From Deltaproteobacteria bacterium (GTDB taxonomy: Bacteria > Myxococcota_A > Polyangia > Polyangiales > Ga0077539): a DNA stretch of 64,000 nucleotides. Below the pieces are notes generated by a model. That model searched no databases and was not told where the DNA came from. It was given only the letters and a program-made list of their open reading frames with translations. Position 1 is the stretch's first letter. Every line of letters starts with the position of its first letter. Below, one piece after another: positions 59,717-64,000 of the stretch. The stretch is taken from contig JADJAE010000151.1 in assembly GCA_016704445.1 (NCBI GenBank), positions 26,099 to 90,098 on the forward strand. Reading direction: 5' to 3'. The position numbers were made by a program, and so were the translations under genes.

Positions 59717-61490
59717 CAGCGCGTGGCGCGCGCCGGGTCGGCGTAGACCACGACGGTCTCCCCGGGCGTGAGCGGGTCTCGCTGGCCCCGGCGGTTGATG
59801 CGCTCCAGCCGGGCGGGGGTGGTGCCGTAGCGCGCGGCGAGGCTGGCGAAGGTGTCGTCGGCCGCGGCGGTCACCCGGAGGCGCACCTGGCCCGCGGCGG
59901 CGACGGAGCGGTCGTGGAAGCCCTCGGAGGCGCGGTCGACGAGGGCGACCTCCGCCTCGGACCAGGTGCGCGCGGTGTCGTCGGGGCGCGGGTCACGAAG
60001 GCCTGTAGCCACATCTCGCTGTGGACGCGGGCGTGGCGGTCGAGGTTGTTCCAGCGGGCGAGGTCATCGGCCCTTACCTGTAACGCCCGGGCCACGCCCG
60101 CAAGCGAGTCCGGGGAGGAGACCCGCAGCCACACCCGCTGCGCGCCCTCCGGGGGGGTGATCGCCGCCAGCGCCGCGTCGAAGGCGACCTCCCTCGGAGC
60201 GGCCGCGCTCTCCGTCACCGGGACCCGGTCGGGGACCAGCAGCATCGTGCCCGGCCCGACGCCGCGGTCGTTGCTGAGCCCGGAGAGGCTGAGCAGCTGC
60301 GCGGTCCTGGTGCCGAAGCGCGCGGCGACCTCGTCGAGGGTCTCTCCATGGCGCAGCACATAGGCGCGCGTGGCGGGCGTCTCGATGCGGGCGATGCCGG
60401 TGCGCACCGCGGCGCCGCGGCCCTGGGGGACGTGCAGCACGAAGGGCGTCTGGGCGCTCGGCGGGGGCGTGCGGTTGCGCAAGAGGGCGGGGTTGAGCTC
60501 CCTCAGCGTCGACTCGGACACCTGCGCCTCTCGGGCGATGGCGGAGAGCGGGAGCGAGCGCTGCACCTCGACGTCCTCCCACATCACCGGCGCCTCCGGG
60601 GGAACCGTGGTGATCTCGAAGACCCCGGGGTTCTGCGCCGCGACGGCGAGCGAGAGAATGCGAGGGACGTAGTGGGTGGTCTCCCAGGGGAGGCCCGCTT
60701 CGAGGGTGGCGAGGGTGTCGAAGTCGTTGGTGTTGTACTTGCGAATCGACCGCAGGAGGTTGGTGTAGCCCATGTTGTAGGCCGCGAAGGCGAGCTCCCA
60801 GGAGCCGAGGCGGCTGTGGAGGTCGCGGAGGTAGCGCACCGCGGCGCGGGTGCTGTGCTCCGGGTCGCGGCGCTCGTCGACCCAGGAGTCCACGCGCAAC
60901 CCGAAGGAGCGCGCGGTGTCGGGCATGAACTGCCAGAGCCCCGCGGCGCCGGCGCTGGACTCGGCGCGGGGGTCGAAGGCGCTCTCGGCGGCGGCGACCC
61001 AGAGCAGCGCGGTGGGCATCCCCTCGGCGGCGAGGGACTGCTGGAGCCGGGTGCGGTAGCGACCGGCGAGGACGGTCCAGCGCTGGGCGAGGCGGCGGGC
61101 GCGGGAGTCGGTGCGGAAGAGCGCCAGCTCGCGGACCATGCGGGAGGTCATGCGGAAGGGCAGCGCGGGCATCTGGAGGCGGCCCGCGAGCTCGGGGGGA
61201 AGGCTCGCCTCGTCGAGGGTTGCGCCGTCCCGGCGGGCGGCGTCGGCCACGGTGTCTGCGGCCTGGTCGGCGGCGCGCTCGGCCTCTCGGAGCGAGGTGA
61301 GGGCGGGGGACTCGGAGGTGCCAAGGATGGCGTCGAGGGAGCGGGGCTCCGGGGCGGTGCCTCGGGTGGGCGGGGCGACGCGCGCGGTGGGCGGCGTCTG
61401 CGCGGACGCGGCGCCGGCGGCGAGGCAGACGGCGATCACACCGAGGAACGAGCTGCGTGCACTGCGCTTCACGACCGTGGGCGGTAGCAC
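59716..61490 (-). CDS. Lytic transglycosylase (SLT domain) with three LysM domains and a broken frame near 59985-59995
   Basis: GTG at 61490. SLT motif AAESAFDPRAESSAGAAGLWQFMP. LysM units (YVLRHGETLDEVAARFG..., VSSPDSLAGVARAL...). The third LysM (DDTFASLAARYGTTPARLERINRR) lies in ORF 59716..60012. The junction is at a C-run (acccgcgccccgacgac). The stop overlaps the mscS start (TGATG). Confidence 0.8.
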
Positions 61491-61527
61491 CCGGGGCCGT
61501 CGAGGTGCCAGTTACTGACCGGCGCGA

Positions 61528-61956
61528 TCAGTCGTCGGAGCCGGGGCGGGAGCGGGACTTCTTGCGCTCGCCGGTGACCTTCTTGGCGGTGAGCCGCCGC
61601 TCCTTCGAGCCGCGCGAGGGGCGCGTGGCGCGGCGCTCCTTGGGCACCTCCAGCGCCTGCAGGATCATCACCTTCAGCCGCAGCCGGGCGTCGTCGAGGT
61701 TGCGCGCCTGGTCGCGGGTCTTCTGGCTGGTGAGCAGCAGCATACCCTCCTGGTCGACGCGCTTGCCGGCGATGGCGCGCAGCCGCTCCTTCACGGCGTC
61801 GGGGAGGGCGGCGCTGCCCGCGAGGTCGAAGCGCAGCTCGACCTTCGAGGCGACCTTGTTGACGTTCTGTCCGCCGGGGCCGCTGGCGCGCACCGCGGTC
61901 ATGGTGAACGCCTCGGCGGGAATGGTGATCGAGGGGTTGATGACGAGCGCGTCCAT
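61528..61956 (-). CDS. arfB: Alternative ribosome-rescue factor ArfB (peptidyl-tRNA hydrolase, GGQ)
   Basis: 142 aa. SGPGGQNVNKVASKVELRF. The basic C-terminal tail KERRLTAKKVTGERKKSR is typical of ArfB/YaeJ. Confidence 0.85.
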   Translation of the reverse strand: MDALVINPSITIPAEAFTMTAVRASGPGGQNVNKVASKVELRFDLAGSAALPDAVKERLRAIAGKRVDQEGMLLLTSQKTRDQARNLDDARLRLKVMILQALEVPKERRATRPSRGSKERRLTAKKVTGERKKSRSRPGSDD

Positions 61957-62016
61957 GACGGTCGCGAAGGTGGTGCCCGCGGAGGGCGCGGGTCAAGCGG
62001 CACCACCGGCGGAGCG

Positions 62017-64000
62017 CTACGTGGTGACGACCTTCCCTGGGAGGTAGCCCGGCGCCCTGCTGGGACGCGGCGTCTCGGAGGGGCTCCGCTGGGGGAGGCT
62101 CGGTCGCTCCCGCCCTTCGCCGACCGGGAGGAAGCGCTGCGCCTCGGAGGACCACCACTCCACCTCGCCGCTCGCCACGTCGAAGAACCAGCCGCTCAGG
62201 GTGAGCTCGCCCGACGCGACCCTCTCGGCGACGCAGGGGTAGGTGCGCACGTGGTCGAGCTGCGCGAGCACGTTGAGCTTCGCGAGCTCGTCGACGCTCA
62301 GCTCGCTCGGCATGCTCCGGAGGAGGGCGCGCACCTGGGTCGCCTCGATCCAGCCGTGGAGGTGGTCGAGGCCCGCGGGGAGCGGGGTCTTGGAGAGCAT
62401 GGCGGCCATCGCTCCGCAGCTCGAGTGGCCGCAGACGACGATCTTCGACACCTTGAGGATCGCCACCGCGTACTCGATGGCCGCGCCCACCGCGGTGCCC
62501 TCCGCGGCGCTCACCGGCGACACGAGGTTGCCGATGTTGCGCAGCAGGAAGAGCTCGCCGGGCTCCGTGGCGGTGATGAGGTTCGGGTTGATGCGGCTGT
62601 CCGAGCAGGTGATGAACAGCGTGTGCGGCGACTGGCCCGCCGCCAGCTTCCCGAAGAGGCGCGCGTAGCGGGGCTTCTGCGTCACCCGGTAGCGCTCGAC
62701 GCCCGTGCGAAGGCGGGCGTCGGCCGACGGGGCGCCCAGCACCGACGCGAGCTCCCGCTCGTCGGAGACGAGCACCGACTCCTCGCCGCCGCTTGAGAGA
62801 AACTGGGTCTTCGCCTCGCCGGAGAGGCCCACGATCACCGGCCGCTGGTCGAGGGCCCTCGCGTGCTCGACGAGGCCGCTCAGCATCGCGGCGCCCGAGG
62901 AGTCCATCGCCCGCACGTCGCGCACGTCGAAGACCACCCGTCGCCCGCCCTCGAGCATGTCCATGCGGGAGAGCATGTCGTCGATGGTGAGCGACGACAG
63001 GAAGGTGAGCGGGCCGCCGAGGGCGAAGACGTAGTGGCCGTCGAGGCGGGCGCCGTGCACCAGCACCTCCGGGCGGCCGAGGCGCAGCGCGGCGATGGCG
63101 AGCGCGGCCACGACGCCCCAGCGCACGCCCTCCAGCAGGTCGACGAAGACGATCACCATGAAGGTGACGGCGAAGACGGCGCCGTCGGCGCGCGAGTGAC
63201 GCCAGAGCTTGAGGAAGGACGCCGGGCTGAGCATCCGGAAGGCGACGGAGAAGAGCACCGCCGCGAGCGCCGGGATGGGGATGCGCTCGATGACCGACGC
63301 GGTGGCGTACACCGCGACGAGGAGGGCGAGCGCGTGGACGATCGCCGCGCGTCGGGTCTTCGCGCCGGCCTGGACGTTGGCCCCGGAGCGGGCGATGACG
63401 CCGGTGACGGGGATGCCGCCGAAGAAGGCGCACGCGAGGTTGCCGAGGCCCTGCCCGATGAGCTCCTGGTCGGGGTCGCTGCGGGCGCTGCCGGGGGACA
63501 TCTTCTCGACCGCGGTCGCCGACAGCAGGGTCTCGAGCGAGGCGAGCGCGAAGACCAGCAGGGTCGAGCCGGCCAGCGAGGCCCAGCGAGATGCCTGCGG
63601 GCAGCGCGGGGAGGCGGGGCGCAGGGAGCGAGCGGGGGATCTCTCCGATGGTGGCGACGTCGAGGCCGAAGGCCGCCACGACCGCGGTGGAGAGGCCCAC
63701 GGCGACGAGGTGGGGCGGCACCCGGGGGGCGAGTTTGGGGAGGCCGTAGAGAACGCCCAGGGTGAGCAGGGTGATGGCGACGGCGCCAGGCAGGGTGCGG
63801 CTGGCCAGGTCGGCGATGTGGGTCACGACGTCGAAGACGTGGGACTGCGCCGGGGAGGGAAGGCCGAGCGCGCGAGGGAGCTGACCGATCAGGATGATGG
63901 CGCCGATGCCGGCGGTGAAGCCCTCGATCACGGGCAGCGGAACGAGGCGGATGAAGCGGCCGAGGCCCAGCGCTCCCGTCAGGAGCTGCAGCAGACCGCA
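62017..64000 (-). CDS. SulP-family anion transporter fused to STAS and beta-carbonic anhydrase; the 5' end is outside the window; broken frame near 63560-63600
   Basis: The upstream part (LLQLLTGALGLGRFIRLVPLPVIEGFTAGIGAIILIGQL...) lies in the frame of ORF 61469..63931. The rest lies in ORF 62017..63501 (QELIGQGLGNLACAFFGGIPVTG, the STAS region, then beta-CA motifs FITCSDSR and VCGHSSCGA). Confidence 0.8.

Overview
Very GC-rich bacterial chromosomal segment. It is most likely Myxococcota, an inference from a MYXO-CTERM-like sorting tail, several Hanks-type Ser/Thr kinases, a STAND-type kinase-ATPase-TPR giant, and many DAG-rich or Cys-rich lipoproteins. I could support about 50 protein-coding genes. 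I saw no rRNA, tRNA or CRISPR array.

Core content:
- Housekeeping and envelope genes: dus, pepQ, pspA module, arfB, MscS channel, SLT-LysM transglycosylase, SulP-STAS-beta-carbonic anhydrase fusion, YfhO and GT87-like membrane proteins.
- A 5'-nucleotidase-lipoprotein-OM barrel operon.
- A thioesterase/WS-DGAT/hydrolase lipid operon.

Accessory content:
1. A vapBC pair beside a lower-GC cassette (about 6.1-7.7 kb). An XRE regulator faces three small membrane or possibly pore-forming proteins.
2. A Y1/HUH (RAYT-like) transposase bracketed by inverted arrays of GTAG-containing 41-42 bp repeats (about 18.95-19.71 kb).
3. A cluster of PD-(D/E)XK nuclease-like genes, two of them decayed (29.1-33.1 kb).
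4. A clearly lower-GC island (about 34.3-38.4 kb). It holds mirrored paralogous secreted-peptide genes, a Cys-lined small secreted protein, a thrice-repeated about 70-nt upstream module, a beta-barrel gene and decayed Cys-rich genes.
5. A roughly 375-bp composite palindromic repeat array in a convergent intergenic region (42.68-43.06 kb).

Major caveat: at least a dozen otherwise well-conserved genes have broken reading frames. In the cases I resolved to the base, the break sits at a short G/C run. Either the assembly carries many indel errors or the locus is heavily pseudogenised.

All functional calls come from motif recognition by eye. No searches were run. GC statements are visual estimates, not computed.
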